A DNA stretch of 64,000 nucleotides from Tilletiaria anomala UBC 951 (GCF_000711695.1 NW_013547018.1:124001-188000), one strand, 5' to 3'. Counted from the stretch's first letter, positions 25,089 through 38,700 are shown. Notes: a model not told the origin generated them from the sequence alone. Translations and numbers: made by a program.

Positions 25089-28000
25089 ATGGCAAGCAGC
25101 GACGTGGCCAGCGATGGCTCATTCGAGCTGATCTCTCATGACGAAGCAGCTGCAAGGGCAAGGCTCCCTTCGTACATTCCTCGACCCGAGACCTTGTCCA
25201 TTCCACAAGCGGTGACCGACGAAGCTCGAGACGATGAAGTCATTGCAACTGGTTGTATGCCGAGAAAGCAGGGAGGAGAAGCAACCCGAAGAGACTGGAA
25301 GAAGGTGCAATCGAGGAGGCAGAACACGCAGGCTCCGCATTCCCCCTCGGTCCGGCCGCCTGCAAGCAGCTCAGTACGAGCATCGATCGACACCCTCGTG
25401 AATCCTCGGCCTGCCGAGGAAGATGAAGCGGCGCCAATGAAGCGAAGCTTCAGCACGAGCGTTCAACGAGCGCTCTCCAAGCTTGGCCGATCTGGGTCCA
25501 GTGGAAAGAAATCGCGCGTTGGTTCCAAGTCGTCGCACGCGCCAGCTCAAATTGATGCGGAATTGGGCTCCAATCCTACGGCTGTGTCCTACGCAATGAC
25601 CAGTCCACGTCAGCCCCCGGCAACCCAGCAATCTGAGCACTGCCACGACAACAATCCTGCGCCTCCGAGCTATTCGCAAGCCAACACGCTCCATCGCTCC
25701 AACACCGTCCCTTCGAACCGCATTGCACCGGAATCACCTGTCGCTACATCTCGCTCCTCAATACAGGTTCCTCGGAGCACCAGCACAGCGGCACACCCAT
25801 CTGGTTCCACATGGACTAGTGCGCCAACTAGCCCACTCGCGCCCGCTCAGGTTGGCGAAACGATTTCGCGCAGCATGCCGCAGGTGCATGACGCTCGCGC
25901 AATTCTTCACAGCGTGCTACAGCAGAAAAGTGCGGAAGAGCCGGGTCAGGATAGAGAGGGCGATGACGGCGAAGATGACCAAATGGAGTATGCACGCAAG
26001 CCATTCAGCCCCGCTTTGGAGGCACAGCTGCGTGCCTCCGTTGCAAGCGCGCTTTCGGACCTGCAGACAAGTCCGGACATCATCCCCGAAGTCAGCTTTA
26101 CTGTGCCGTCTCAGAAATCGCCCTCTAAGTCCGTGGGCTCAGCAACTGCGGTTACAAGGTCAGAAGTAGTGCCGCTTGCCGCGGCCCACGTAACGAAAGG
26201 GGGTAATACATGGTCCACTCTGTCAGAGATTCGAATGCCGAATCCACACGCAGAAATACCTCGCTCTCTACACCAAGCGGAGGAAGACGTCTTTGGGCCG
26301 ATCAAGAGCAGCGCGCCTGGACCAGAACGCGGGCTTGCTCCAACTGTACCAGCTGCAGTCTTCAAAGCAGCAAAGCCCGGAGATGCACAGCAGGACGCGT
26401 CGCCCGCTTCTTCTCCTATCAAAAGATCCTTGCCAATAAGTATGCCGCCAACTCCCAAGCGGACCAGTTCTCAGCGCGAGCCCCATGCCGTTTTGGAGCC
26501 AGCCGAGAGCCCAAACAAAGAAGTTGCGCTGGTGAGCCTTGCGAATGCCAGTGTTGCTGAACTCGAGGAGGTTGCCCCGGTCATTTGCGATCAGGCGGAC
26601 ACTCCTGTGGACGTTCTTCTTTCCCGCCCTTCATGCGTTGCGGATCTCCGTCTTCAAACCGCCGTAAGCAATGTCAGCATATCCGACTACGGCGACGAAG
26701 AGGGAGAGGAGGACGATGACTCCCTAAGTTGGGAAGAAGATCACTTTCCTATCCCCTACCTCGAGACCATCAAGGAGGAAGATTCCAGCCAATGCTCAGC
26801 TGCAGACTATGCCGTTGACCAACTGATTGCGGCTGGTGATGATGACACTGGTGGTGCAGATCTAGTTGAGACGCGTGCGAGGGTAGAAGTGTTTGCTGGA
26901 CCTCCGCCATCCGCCTCGGGACAATGGGCGATACCCGAAAAGTACCACTCAGTCCCCAGTGGCTTGGTAGTCGCGTCCAGCTCCGTGCAGTCTATGCAGT
27001 CCATGCAATCCCTAGCCTCCTGTGCGAGTTTGGTGCAGGATTGCGCTACAGCAAAGCAAGCATGGCAAGACGAGATCTTCTCAACGACCAACATGAGCGA
27101 ACAGCAGGCCGATGCAGTCAAGGATGTCTTGCTCTCCCCAGCCTCAATGCTGCGACCTTTCGCATCACCGCCTATACCGGAGCCGCCCACTCCGCAGCTC
27201 GGGGACGTGAGCAGTTTGACAGCCACTGCCGCCGAAGTCATTACATTTACAGGATGCCAATCGCTGCTACCACCGGGGCACGATGCAGACATGACTGCAC
27301 CGCGGCATTCAGGCAGCTCGGCTACGACTGCATCAAGTGCTTATTCGGACTTTAGCCCCATCTTGCAGCAAGGTCAAGAGCCCCTCATTCCTGTCGTGAC
27401 GATCGATGTGCCTCCTTCCGTTGCAGAGATGGCTGCGTCGGGTGAGTGGTTCCTTCGCAGGAGTTCAAGCTGGACATGCGGCGCATACTGATGTACATGT
27501 TTTTCCAGCTCTGTCACACGCAGCCGCAGCTGCAGATGTCTCATGGGACCTGGAGACATGCCTGGAGAACGTGACCAGAGGCTCGGTCAGAAGTTATGGC
27601 CTGACGCACACAGACGTGATGGAAGCACACGGGTCTGCGCTTCTGCGAAGTCAAGCAGCCTCAGTCTCTGCGCACACCAATCCTTCCAGTGGGCACCGAA
27701 CGCCTGACATGTCGTCAGACAGCCCCTCGGAGGAGGACACGAGTAGTAGCAGTAGCAGCGGCAGTGGCGGCCACAGTGAAGGCATCGGTGGCCAATATGA
27801 CGCAAGTGAGGGCCACGGCGCGCCCCTTATCGCAGTTGCCGGTGATGTGTCGCAGAGCACCTTCGCAGACGAAGATGACGGAATCAGCTGGAATGCCCAG
27901 GAGATTCTAGATTATTCATCGGAAGGCGCGTGCAACTGGAGCAGGAACAGTATCAAGCTTCAAGTCAGTCCGATGAGCAGCACTGCTCGTCGTTTTTCTC

Positions 28001-28356
28001 AATCAAACGGCGACATGCTGCCGCCTGCCTCCCCTCAGCTCAGCATTCACAATCAGGCATCATCCATTTCCTTTTTTCACAGCAGCCCGGTCACGAAGCA
28101 AGATGCTTCGCACTTGATCTCGATTCCGACCAGTCCACTCGTCGCGATCGCTTCCTCCTTTTCGGTCAGCGCTCGCTCCAACGCCAGTTTCCACACCGTG
28201 CCCGTGCCTCCTTCCGTCGAGGGAAGCCCGAGCAAGTCGCCTTCGTCTAACGCTTCGATTCTTGCACGCAGCACCTTCCGTCATCCCATTTCACCAGCCA
28301 TCGAAGAGCGCTTTTATCAGGCCTTCAGTGACCATCAACTACGCGAACCGCAGTAA
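25089..28356 (+). CDS. Large Ser/Pro-rich, likely disordered protein of unknown function
   Basis: 810-aa and 316-aa ORFs joinable by an intron at about 27442-27509 (gtgagt...ttccag); no recognisable domain. Confidence 0.75.
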
Positions 28357-28560
28357 ACATCAATATACAGTCTAGCTCCATCCTTGGCCGAATCCACGCT
28401 TGTCCTTTGCAATTTTGTTCCATGTTTGTACGCGCAACACAATCCATCGAGATACCATTTGCAAGTGTCGAATTTCCAGGTTGTAAGTGCTGACTTCCCT
28501 GACCGCTTCTTTTAGAAGCAGCATAAGATGCGATTAATGATTGCCATGGATTTCGATGTC

Positions 28561-29816
28561 TTATTTGAGCGGCGAGAACTTCATCGGGTACATCATCTGC
28601 GCATGCATCTTGTCCACAAGTTTGACGGTCTGCATGTTATTGATGAAGAGCATCGGAGAACATTCACATCAGCAAACTAGATTCTGAATAATGGAAGCGG
28701 CAAGCAGAAATAGACGAGGGCCAACACACACCTGGCTAACGGTGTCGTTCCAAGTCTCGACTTGCCACGCTGCATCCCTTGTGCGCTTTCTCTCTTCGAG
28801 CGAGGGGTAGGCCCAGAGGTGCATGACAGTGTGCAAATGTCCAACTTGGGCGAACCATGCTCCGATTGGCTCGACGAATCTGCGGCGCGCTTCGAGGCCA
28901 CGGCGCCTGGGTAGGGGACCAGGATGAATTATTTCTGATCAGCAATTCGTTCCCTTTTCCATCCAGAGTAGCATGTAACCTAGCCTTACCAGTGTTGTTC
29001 CCATTCGAGAAGCATGCCCGGCTTGAGGTGATACGTCCGGAGCTCGAAGATCCAATCCTTGTCCGGCTTGCTTTCATTGTACATTGTGCTGCCCTCTCGC
29101 ATGCTATACTTATCTTTGTGGACCTTGGCCGAAGTTGGCCAAAAGGCGAACTCCTGTCCGAGCCAGTTGCTTCGAGCCTTGATGCACGGCGCGAGCTTGG
29201 CCTCGAGCTCACGTAGCACATCGCTCTCCCACAGCGTCTCCCTGCACGCGTCGTAGCCAGCATAGCCGTCGTACTGCCAGATATGGTAAAACGTCTCCAG
29301 GTCGCCGACGCAGACTTGCCAGCTGCCGATCAGCTTGGAGTGGAAATTGTTTGACTGACCGCTGATCATGGGGTAGTAGTGCGCGATAACGTTGCGGTAC
29401 TCGGCCGCTTTGTCCGTGCGGACCGAGTGCCGCACAATCTCGTGAATATACTTGCCACGCGCGACTTGCGTCGAGTGCGAGATTGCGGTTGTCGTCAACC
29501 CATCAGCCTTGGCTGACTCGGAGCCATGCAGCAATGAGCGCAGGAGACCAGTCTTGGGCACTGGTTGCTGCTGCGCTGCCGCGTCTTTCTCTGCTGCCCG
29601 GGCGGCGCTGGAAGAGAAGGAGGCTACAGATCCTACGCTTACTCCTGCTGGGAAAAGACCACCTGTTCTTGTTGTCGCCGCTGAAGCTACACGCTTGGAG
29701 GCAAGCAGCACACGAGGTGCGAGGGTGCTCGTGGCCGTCGAAACTGCAGATGCGGAGGTGGAGGCATGGGGCAGGTTGCGCAACATTATGGAGCGCGCCG
29801 TTGGGGTGGCGTTCAT
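28561..29816 (-). CDS. NIPSNAP family mitochondrial protein
   Basis: HSTQVARGKYIHEI, LIGSWQVCVGDLETFYHIWQYDGY, IFELRTYHLKPGMLLEWE, GAWFAQVGHLHTVMHLWAYPSLEERK, ending FSPLK*; two 3' introns. Confidence 0.93.
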
Positions 29817-30382
29817 GTTTGCTGGTTGCTCAGCGGTTGCGTCAAGAAAGCTGCAGACTGCGTTTGCCCTGAGCTACGTAGGAGAAGTAGGCACACGATG
29901 GAGATGCTTTCGATGGATACAGACAAAAGGGCAACCCCCTCTATCCCATATGGGGAGATGGCATCATGATGGATGTTACGTTGTGGTGGAGTTGTTGGCG
30001 GCAGCCCACTCTCGTTGCCTCAAAATGGCTGGCTGGCTTGCCATCCCCGCCCATCCCACACATCAGTCCCTGCAGTTTGCATTCCGCACGAACTACAGGC
30101 CAGCGCAAAGGTGGCCTGTGCGCTAGGGTTAACCCTACTTTTCCAGCTCACTTCGTGGGCTCAGCCCTGGCGCCGCCGTCTAGGCATACGTCCAGACTCA
30201 AGCTACCCACGCATCGAGGCCTCGAATGAACACCTGACCAGTTCACCGGCAGGAAACTGAGAACAGTCATTCGAAGCGTTTGGCAGACCCTCAGCGTGCC
30301 CAGGCTTTTGGTGCTGCGCAAGGTGATACCATACAGTTGTGACGAGTGAGAGAAGCGAGTCAAATCGGCTTGACGCATGAGC

Positions 30383-31629
30383 CTATTCGCATGGCATCCA
30401 GTAATCTTCCATGGGGGTGAAAACATGGCCTTCTTGCTGCATCTCCTGTAATGCCTCCCTGTTACGTTGAGATGTATCAGAATCACCACGGAGTACGCTA
30501 GATAAGCATGCTAGGCAGAACAGTCACTCACTCGACCTGGTCCATGCGATATGCGCCCCCGATTCTCTTTGCAATCTGGTTTACGTGTACACCATCTGTG
30601 TTGTCATCCATCAAATCGGCCATGGCCTGATAGACCTTCTTCTGGATCGGCGTCTGCAGCTCGGCCGCTCGGCCGGTGATCGCGCCTCCAGCCCCGCTAC
30701 CGCCGCCTCCAGCCCCTCTAGCGCCACCTCCAAAGTACTCGGCGACACCGCGCTGACCGCCTGATGCATTCGACTTGGCAGCCCCGCCGCCGCCACCCAT
30801 CCCTTCTTCGCCGCGCTGCAAGGAGAGATGGACGTGAATCACATCGAGCTTGTGGAAGATCCACTCATTGTGGTCTATGATGGGTCGCACATATGCTGCG
30901 CTGATGTTGGTCTTGTTTTGGAAGGACTTCACGGTGCCAACTATCCGCACGTAAGTATTTTCTCTGGAAGAACCCATCGATGTCCTGGTCAGTTCGAATA
31001 GAACATATTTCGAATCCTCCAATGCAGCTCACCTGACATCGGCGAGCATTCCAGTGTCGTCTGAGGCATTCTCTTTCCACACTTTCGCGTCGATATTCCC
31101 AGTACCATCGTCCAAGTGGAGGGTCACGTTCGTCTGCCCGTCGACCACGCCTCGTACTGTAGCCACAACTGTGATCTGAAAGCGAGAACGAGCAAGCTCA
31201 GTTTTGCGCTTGAGACAACTTGAGGCCCATTTGTCCCAGCCAGACGCACCTGGTCGATATCAGCGCCATCGATCATGAAGCCCTGATCGGTGTGCTGGTT
31301 GTTCTGCGCGTTGATGATCTGGTGGATCGTAACTGGGTGCAGTGAATTATTGCCAATTTTCTAAGCAGCGCAGTTACACAAGGCTCCACCGTGAGCGATC
31401 GCTCCACTAATCAAGTTCAAAGCGCAACCTGGCCCTTACCTTCCCACCCGAATGATCTCCCTGGCTGCCACTACCCGCCATGAACCCACCGCCGCCTCCG
31501 CCGCCACCGCCGCCTGCGTAGTTGGCCCCAAATGGGTTGTCCGAGTCTGAGGTGCACAAACCAAGCGCAGCGTCAGCGGTGTGGCTCACGCTGCAGGACA
31601 GCCTCGTACAAAAACTTACAACTCATCAT
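30383..31629 (-). CDS. RFA2: Replication protein A 32-kDa subunit
   Basis: Gly-rich N-terminus (GGGGFMAGSGSQ), SLHPVTIHQI, LHLDDGTGNI, YVRIVGTVKSFQNK, DHNEWIFHKLDVIHVHL, C-terminal winged helix (GVHVNQIA...EGHVFT). Confidence 0.92.
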
Positions 31630-31810
31630 ATCTTCAGCCTCTTTCGTACGTCTGCGAGCTTTGCCGCTGTGTGCGAATGTCTTGTTGGCTGATCAATGGA
31701 AGCAAAGGAGGAAGGGTGAAAATGGGAGAACATAAACTGTGTTGGACTTGGGAACGAGTCTGTGGTCTCTGCATCGGTGCAGACATCATCATGTGTGGCA
31801 TCTGTATGCG

Positions 31811-31834
31811 ACGCGACGCGTTTCGCCGACGCGT
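31811..31834. promoter_or_regulatory. MCB boxes upstream of RFA2
   Basis: ACGCGA 31811, ACGCGT 31816 and 31829, about 190 nt 5' of the RFA2 ATG. Confidence 0.7.
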
Positions 31835-32105
31835 CTCCTCGTCACCAACCAATATCCAGAATCGAGCTATGCAACCAACAGCGGACAGGGCCACTTTTGG
31901 GTACCACCCATGCGCAACGCTCGTTATACTTGAAAGACCGCAGGACGGCTCGCACGATGGACTTAAATAGGCACGTTAATTTTGGTCAAATCCTCTTTGA
32001 AGACGAATAGTCGCGATGCCGGAATACGGTCGGCTGCCGCCGTGCGAGAGGGAAGCGCAAGCGCCGGTGGAGCTGAAATACATTTGCTGATCACATTGCA
32101 CACCG

Positions 32106-33510
32106 GCACCGCAAGGCGTTGCGACGTTGTCTACTGAACCTTCTATGACATCGTCCAAACTGCAAGCGCTCATTCATAGATCAGCGAATATTTAACATGA
32201 AGAATATGATAGTGGGTGGCAGCCCCTTTCTTCTATATATTTGAAATGCTCTGATCGTCAGCCCTGAATCGGGTCATCACAGCATAGGCCGGCGCTCCTT
32301 CTAAGCATACCACGCCTGCCAGATGACACTCCCATTTCAGATCCGCAGCTTGGTATTCGCAAAGGGGGTCAGCTGATTGTAGCAAGCAGAGACACTGTTG
32401 GCCCAAGTCGACTGGTGCGTTAAAAGAGTCGAAGGCAGCCACGTTAGTACCTCCGCCTCCAGCAACAGCACGATCCGCAAATGTACTCGAACATGGCATC
32501 AGCCGGGATACAGTTGCTAAGTGTGAGGGTCTTAATCCTTCTCAAGGTGAATTACCAGGGCCTTCCATCCGAAAGGAGCGTACAAGATGGTTGGAGATGA
32601 GTTTGCGCCTGAAGTTGGGTACCTCGTCACCAAAGGACTTTTTGCGTGGAAACACCGTTAACTCTCTTTTCTGTCTTCTAGGTGATGCCTGATGATAACA
32701 TCTGTACTTCAATGCGATCGGATGCATGATGAAGCGAAGGTCGGATGCTGCAACTTGAGATGAGCCTCGGTGTGGTAGGAGCTTCTTTGGATCTGCATGT
32801 ATTGCACTTCAATGCAGTGGTTGTGGGCACCATACTCTCCGACCCAATCTAGTATTCCGAAGCTATGCTGAAGTAAATGCTACAAATAACGATTTCTCCA
32901 TCCCAGCGCCTGATTGGGTTGTACCTGTGGATGCAGATATCCTCAGGATAAGTACACCAAAGAAGATCCTCTTCCCGAATTCGTAGGGCGGGGCACTGAG
33001 GGGACGTTTTTCAGAGCACTTTCAAGTGGAAGTTGTCAGTGTCGACATCACGACGGGTCGAGTGGATCGGTATGGAGCAGCAAAGGCCTACGAGAGGGTA
33101 CCTGTCGACTACTCAGAGATGTGAGTGCGCCTTTAGCTACAACATCGCCCAAGGACTCCTTGCTCTTCGGAGCTGAATGACTTTCTTCGAGTATGCAGAT
33201 GCTATGGCGCATCAGTCCCGCTACCAATGCAAGACGCGCGGCTGGACTTCGCCGCGACTTCTTTCGACTCCAAGCAGGCTGACCGTATTCTGTCTGCCGC
33301 CTTGGATCTTGCAAAAGATCTCAAGCGACAAAAGCAGTGAACGCGAGGCAGCGATGTCAAGTGATATGAATTCATGACCATGCTCACATGACATTTTGCG
33401 CTCCAGCTACACTGATACAACGACATTCAAATGCTATGTAAGCAATGTGGAAGCAGGCTGGTTGGCTAAAAAGAGATCGAAAACACAGCACATCAACTGG
33501 GCACACTTTG
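32106..33510 (+). pseudogene. OTU1: Disabled OTU1/YOD1 deubiquitinase gene (UBX-like, OTU and C2H2 zinc-finger domains)
   Basis: Collinear remnants: APQGVATL...LQALIHRSANI*; TPISDPQLGIRKGGQLIV; GYLVTK|VMPDDNIC/FNAIG; KKILFPNS*GGA...FSEHFQVEVVSVDITTGRVDRYG; YSEI|CYGA; ILSAALDLAKDLK; YTDTTTF/LCKQCGSRLVG*.../HSTSTGH; at least 3 stops and several frameshifts. Confidence 0.85.
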
Positions 33511-33714
33511 AGCCTGGCATTGGGATTTGCCTCTCGCAGCGACCCTGTAGACCCTAGAGGACTGCTCACATATCCATTCGGACCCCACTGTGACAGGATT
33601 TTCAATAGTACTCCGCATAGCCGAATGACGCCTCGATCGAAGAGGCCACGGATGACACACACTGGTGAAGCATCTCCTTCCTCTTCATTAAGCATCTCGG
33701 CAACGGAAGCTCGC

Positions 33715-35169
33715 CTAAGCGTCACTGCGAACCGCCTCTAACTTTTCAGGGTACGCGAAATTACCGTTCTTGCGGACTTCGTCCATGATCTGCATGGTGA
33801 GGACGCTCTCGTCTACGGAGCGGAAAGAGCGATCACGGCAGAAAAAATCAGCTGCTTTGGCGCCAGGCCCAATGTCTCACGCCTACGCACCAAGTGGGCA
33901 CAAGTCCGCTTCGTGCTTTCCGTCCCTAAGCGCCCGTGCGCATGCATCCGCCTCCCAGAACATGCCACATCCCGTGATAGGCACGTCGACCCTCTTGGGT
34001 TCGCCAACAAAGTTACCGTTAGCGTCCTTTGCGTGCAGCGTGTAACTCTCCGGGCGGTATGTCGCCCACTCGACTGTCAGATCGCCTTTCTCGCCTTGGA
34101 TGCAGACGCAGTGCGCTCGGCTGGTACGCGTGCTCATGCTGCATGTCGCGATGCCTTGCGCGTGCATCTGTTCGAAGTTGAGGATAAGGGTCGTGCATTC
34201 GTCCACGCCGGTCAATGGTGTCTTCATCAACGAAGAGGTGACTTGCGGAGCGATTCGCTGGTTACTGCATGTCATCATCTGACGGTCAATTCGAGACTCA
34301 AAGAGCGAACAAGGCGCCTGGATGCTTACTCTGGATCCTGGAAGAGGGTTATCATCTGCCAGGTGAGTGGGTAGATGCCAAGGTCCAGCAGAGCTCCACC
34401 TCCAAGTTCTGCACGAACAATGAAAGAATGTCAGTTTGCAACCAGCAGCTGTTCAAGCGCAAATATCACAGACCAGGATTGTAAAGCCTGTGCTTTGGGT
34501 CCGGCTTGAAGTACATGCTGAGATCGCTGTATACCCGGTGGATCTTTCCCAGCACGCGCTCCTTGTGGATGAGACGCTGGATCTCTAAAACGATCGGGAA
34601 GAAACGAATCCAGACCGCCTGAAAGGCAATGTGCAGCAAGTCAGCGTAAGGAGCAAGCGATAGCAAGAATTATGCTCACCTCCATTAAAAAAAGACCCTT
34701 GGACTTGGCGACCTTTGCGAGGTGTCGAGTCTGGGCGGCGTTGATCGTAAAAGGTTTCTAAAGAGGACGCAAGTTGAACTGTTTCCTGAACTTCCATCAT
34801 GAAACAGGAACCAATCTCATGTAGGTCTTTACGACGCACCTCGCAGCAAACATGTTTTCCGGCCTCTAGTGCTAGTAATGTGTTCTCGTAATGATGAGAG
34901 TGCGGGGTTGCAACGTAAATGATCTGCACTTTGGGGTCATTGACGAGCTCCTCGTAAGATCCGTATGTCTTGCATGCTTGCGGATTGGGATGCTCGATTT
35001 CTTTCAAAAATGACTGCGCCCTGTTCGCAGAAGAGGAAGAGGCGGCAGCGGCTATGTTGTGCTTAATGTCACTGACGCCGCGCGTCGAGGGATCTATGAG
35101 CAGGTCCTTAGCGAACTTGATCGCGATGCCGCCCGTGGCGAGGATACCCCAATTGCACTCGAAGGCCAT
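33715..35169 (-). CDS. Gfo/Idh/MocA-family NAD(P)-dependent oxidoreductase (dihydrodiol / D-xylose dehydrogenase-like)
   Basis: WGILATGGIA, YGSYEELVNDP, IYVATPHSHHY, GKHVCCE|KPF, MEAVWIRFFP, GGALLDLGIYP, GMFWEADACAR; multiple introns. Confidence 0.92.
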
Positions 35170-35714
35170 GTCGAAGGATCTACCGTAACTCAGACCTTGG
35201 TCACAATTCCCTTGGGAGAGGTGGTCTCCGATGTTGGGGAGTAGCTGGAACGAAGAGATATCTGTAAATCGTGCGACGAAGCAGGGGACGTAACCAAGCA
35301 GTGCAACGCCATGTGATTTGTTAATTGGCTGACTGCAACGAACAATAAGCATGTGGCAGTGAGAACGCGTTGACGTAATAGCATGACAATGATGACGCAG
35401 ACTTCGGTAATTTACGGCGAAAACACCGATTACTGCTCTCACAATAATCCTAACGGAACTCGTTAAACACTCGCCAGGACCCACGTGACCACAGCATGAC
35501 ACGTCGCGTGCGTCCTGCGACCAACAAGCCATTAACCCGTGACACGCGAAGGCGAGATTCGCACTCTTTATAGCAGCGCGATTCTACCACGGTCGTGATC
35601 CTTTCAATTGTCCTTCTGATGATGCAACACCGCGCGCAGATGCATTGATCAAGTCAACTCCGTCGAGATCGGCGCTTCTTCGCCGCTTGCAATGCCGCCA
35701 GTGCGAGGCTAGCG

Positions 35715-38700
35715 ATGCTGTACGAAAGAATACAGACGGAGCCGGTCCACCCTCTTCGCAGGCCCCGAGACCCACAATTGCACCTAAGCAGCTCGGCCTC
35801 TTCCGACCTGGAGACACGCGGTAGTGCGCAGGTCATCGTGCCAGACTCGGACGAAGAGGCAGAAGGAGAGGAGCTGGCAGAAGGAGAGAAGGAAAATGTG
35901 CCGCCTGGAGCCTCCGTGGCGAGCCGTACTCCCGTGAATCCAGTGAAGCAGATAGGTAAAATGACGACCCAACGCGCACAGACGCCGACTTCGCAGCCGC
36001 CAAGCAGCTTCGCATTCACAGAGATCCCGTTGGCGCAGGTAAGTATTTGAATGCTTGTCGGCACACCGCTGCTCAAAGAGGCTGAACGCTGGCGTCTCCC
36101 ATGCTCTGTCGTTATAGCTCCCAACCCATGAATTGCAAGCACAACTCAATGAACGCCTGCGAGACAAAGATAGAGTCATGGAGCAAATTCTTGCAATCAT
36201 TGGGGGGGATGCGGCACCTGGAGCCGATATGGGCTTTTTGTCTCATCAAAGGTGAGAGGCTGAGGGTCTGGCTGACCAGCGCACCCTCTCAACGCATTGC
36301 TAATACACGGATCTCACGCGCAGAACATATCTTACTCAACGTATTGGGGATCTGACACGGGAGATGGAGGCGAGGAAAGACGCGTCTGCCTACAGAAGAG
36401 GAAATGCATCAGATGAAGTGCAAACTGGTGGGACGACTGGATCAAGCCGTGCTCTTGTGCCCGACACGCCAAGAAGGGCTAGTCGCGTCGCTCAGGACAA
36501 GTCTGAGACACAGGGCAAAGAGAAGACTCTTGCGCTGGTCGGTAGCAGCTCTCCTCTATCTCAACAGGAGCGCACATCTCATGGCTCTGGAAGATACCTT
36601 CAACCGCGTCAGCCCCCAGACAAAGCCCCATCTTCGCCATCGCTTCTCAAGGCGCCGGCGGGGAGGGATGGGCCCCCGCTTCCGGGGCCATCGGCACGCG
36701 CGGCATCGCGTTCGTCGGGAAGCTTGGGTCAGCCGCAAGAGATAGGATCGTCCCCGCCTCCAGTAAAGAAGCGCAAGATCACACCACCATCGCAGCCATC
36801 CTCCATTGTGCATGTGGAAATCATCTCGAGCTCGAGCGACGGACCGCAGGAACCTGATGCTTTATCCGGAAACGACGAGGCTCGCTCCTTTTCCAGAGCA
36901 TACGCACAGAATGCAACTGCCAGCTCTGAAAGGCATGCTATGAAGGGGACCACTATCTTGCAAGGTGGTCAGCCTCGCCCAAGCGGCTTCCGCCCTGCGC
37001 CTATGCTGCCACCCCAAGGAAGGTCTGCGCAACAAAGTAGTGTGCATACAGCCAGCCCCTCGACTCGTCTACAGCAACAAATGCGGCCACCGCAGGTGGC
37101 TGCAGTGGTTCGCCAAAGGCCTACGCAGGGGCAAGTGCACTCTGATACATATCCAGTGGATGATTTCGACGAGGCAGAGCTTGCCGCCATGGAGGAGGTG
37201 GAGAGAAGCGTCAGTCATGATGGACGTACACATGTGCGCCAGCAGCCCCAGCCTGCTCAAATCTCAGCGGCCGTAGTAGCAGCAACCCCTGTCCCACAGG
37301 CTGGGCCCTCTCGTCCATGTGTAAGCGTTGCAGGAGGGCCATCAAATCCTGTTGTTATTCGAACATCCCAACAACCTCCATCGCGCAGCAACGCAGCCAA
37401 CGAGTTGCACGAATCACGTCACGATACTCTGCGAAGCAAGCTGGTGTACAAGTTTTCAGCTGATGTATGCTACGTTCTCACACAAACGTTCAAGCTTCAA
37501 GAGTTTCGACACCACCAGCTTGACGCCATCAATAGCACGCTCAAAGGCAAAGATGTTTTTTGCCTCATGCCGACTGGCGGGGGGAAGAGTCTGTGCTACC
37601 AATTACCCGCGCTGGTCAATTCCGGTAAGACTCGTGGTCTCACTATCGTCATCTCGCCGCTTTTGTCTCTCATTCACGACCAAGTTCGGCATTTAAATGC
37701 GCTTTCGATTCCTGCGCTTGCTCTGACCGGAGATCTCTCCCGCACCAATCGAGATTTGGTTTTTCAAGAGCTTCACAGACCCGACTTGATCTGCAAGCTT
37801 CTCTACGTCACGCCGGAACTGATGTCCAAAAGCGGACAGGCCAAGAGCGTATTTACCAGGCTCTACGAGCAGAACAAGCTCGCCCGCTTCGTCGTTGATG
37901 AAGCACACTGTGTCAGTCAGTGGGGTCACGATTTCAGGCCCGACTACAAAGAGCTGCGCTCCCTCCGAACGACCTACCCGACGGTGCCGATAATGGCGAT
38001 GACCGCAACGGCGACCAAGCGCGTGAGACTGGACGTTATCAATGTTTTGCGCATCCAAGAGTCTGTTCAGCTCGAGCAATCGTTTAACAGGCCAAACTTG
38101 CACTATGAAGTCCGCAAGAAGGGAGCCGGGTCTCTCTTAGACGTCGCGAGCTTCATCAAGACCAAGCACTCGAACGAGTGCGGCATTGTCTATTGCTTAG
38201 GACGGAAACAGTGCGAAGACGTTGCAGATAAGCTTACGAGGCAGCATGACATTCCTGCGAAGCACTATCATGCGGGTCTCGGCAAGGGTGACCGTGTTGC
38301 CTTTCAAACACAATGGCAAGCAGGGGACTTTAAGGTCATGGTGGCAACCATCGCGTTCGGCATGGGCATCGATAAGGGAGATGTGCGCTTCGTCGTTCAT
38401 CACACCGTCCCGCAATCCTTAGAAGGTTACTACCAAGAGACCGGCCGGGCTGGGAGAGACGGGAAAGTCTCAGACTGCATTCTCTACTTTGCCCCCCGCG
38501 ACATCAGTATGGTCCGCAAACTCATTAGTGACGGTGACGCCAGCGCTCATCAGAAGCAGCAACAGATGGAAAATCTCGAGCGGGTGGTGCAGTACTGCTA
38601 CAACACGTATGATTGCCGTCGTCAGCAGGTGTTGCGCTACTTTGACGAGAACTTTCCCCCGGAAGACTGTCATCAGACTTGTGACAACTGCAGAAGAGAC

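Noticed and set aside
32984..32986. TAG in place of a conserved Trp codon in OTU1, suggesting A-to-I stop-codon correction or readthrough
   Set aside because: The same gene has other stops, several frameshifts and a lost catalytic His, so simple decay explains it
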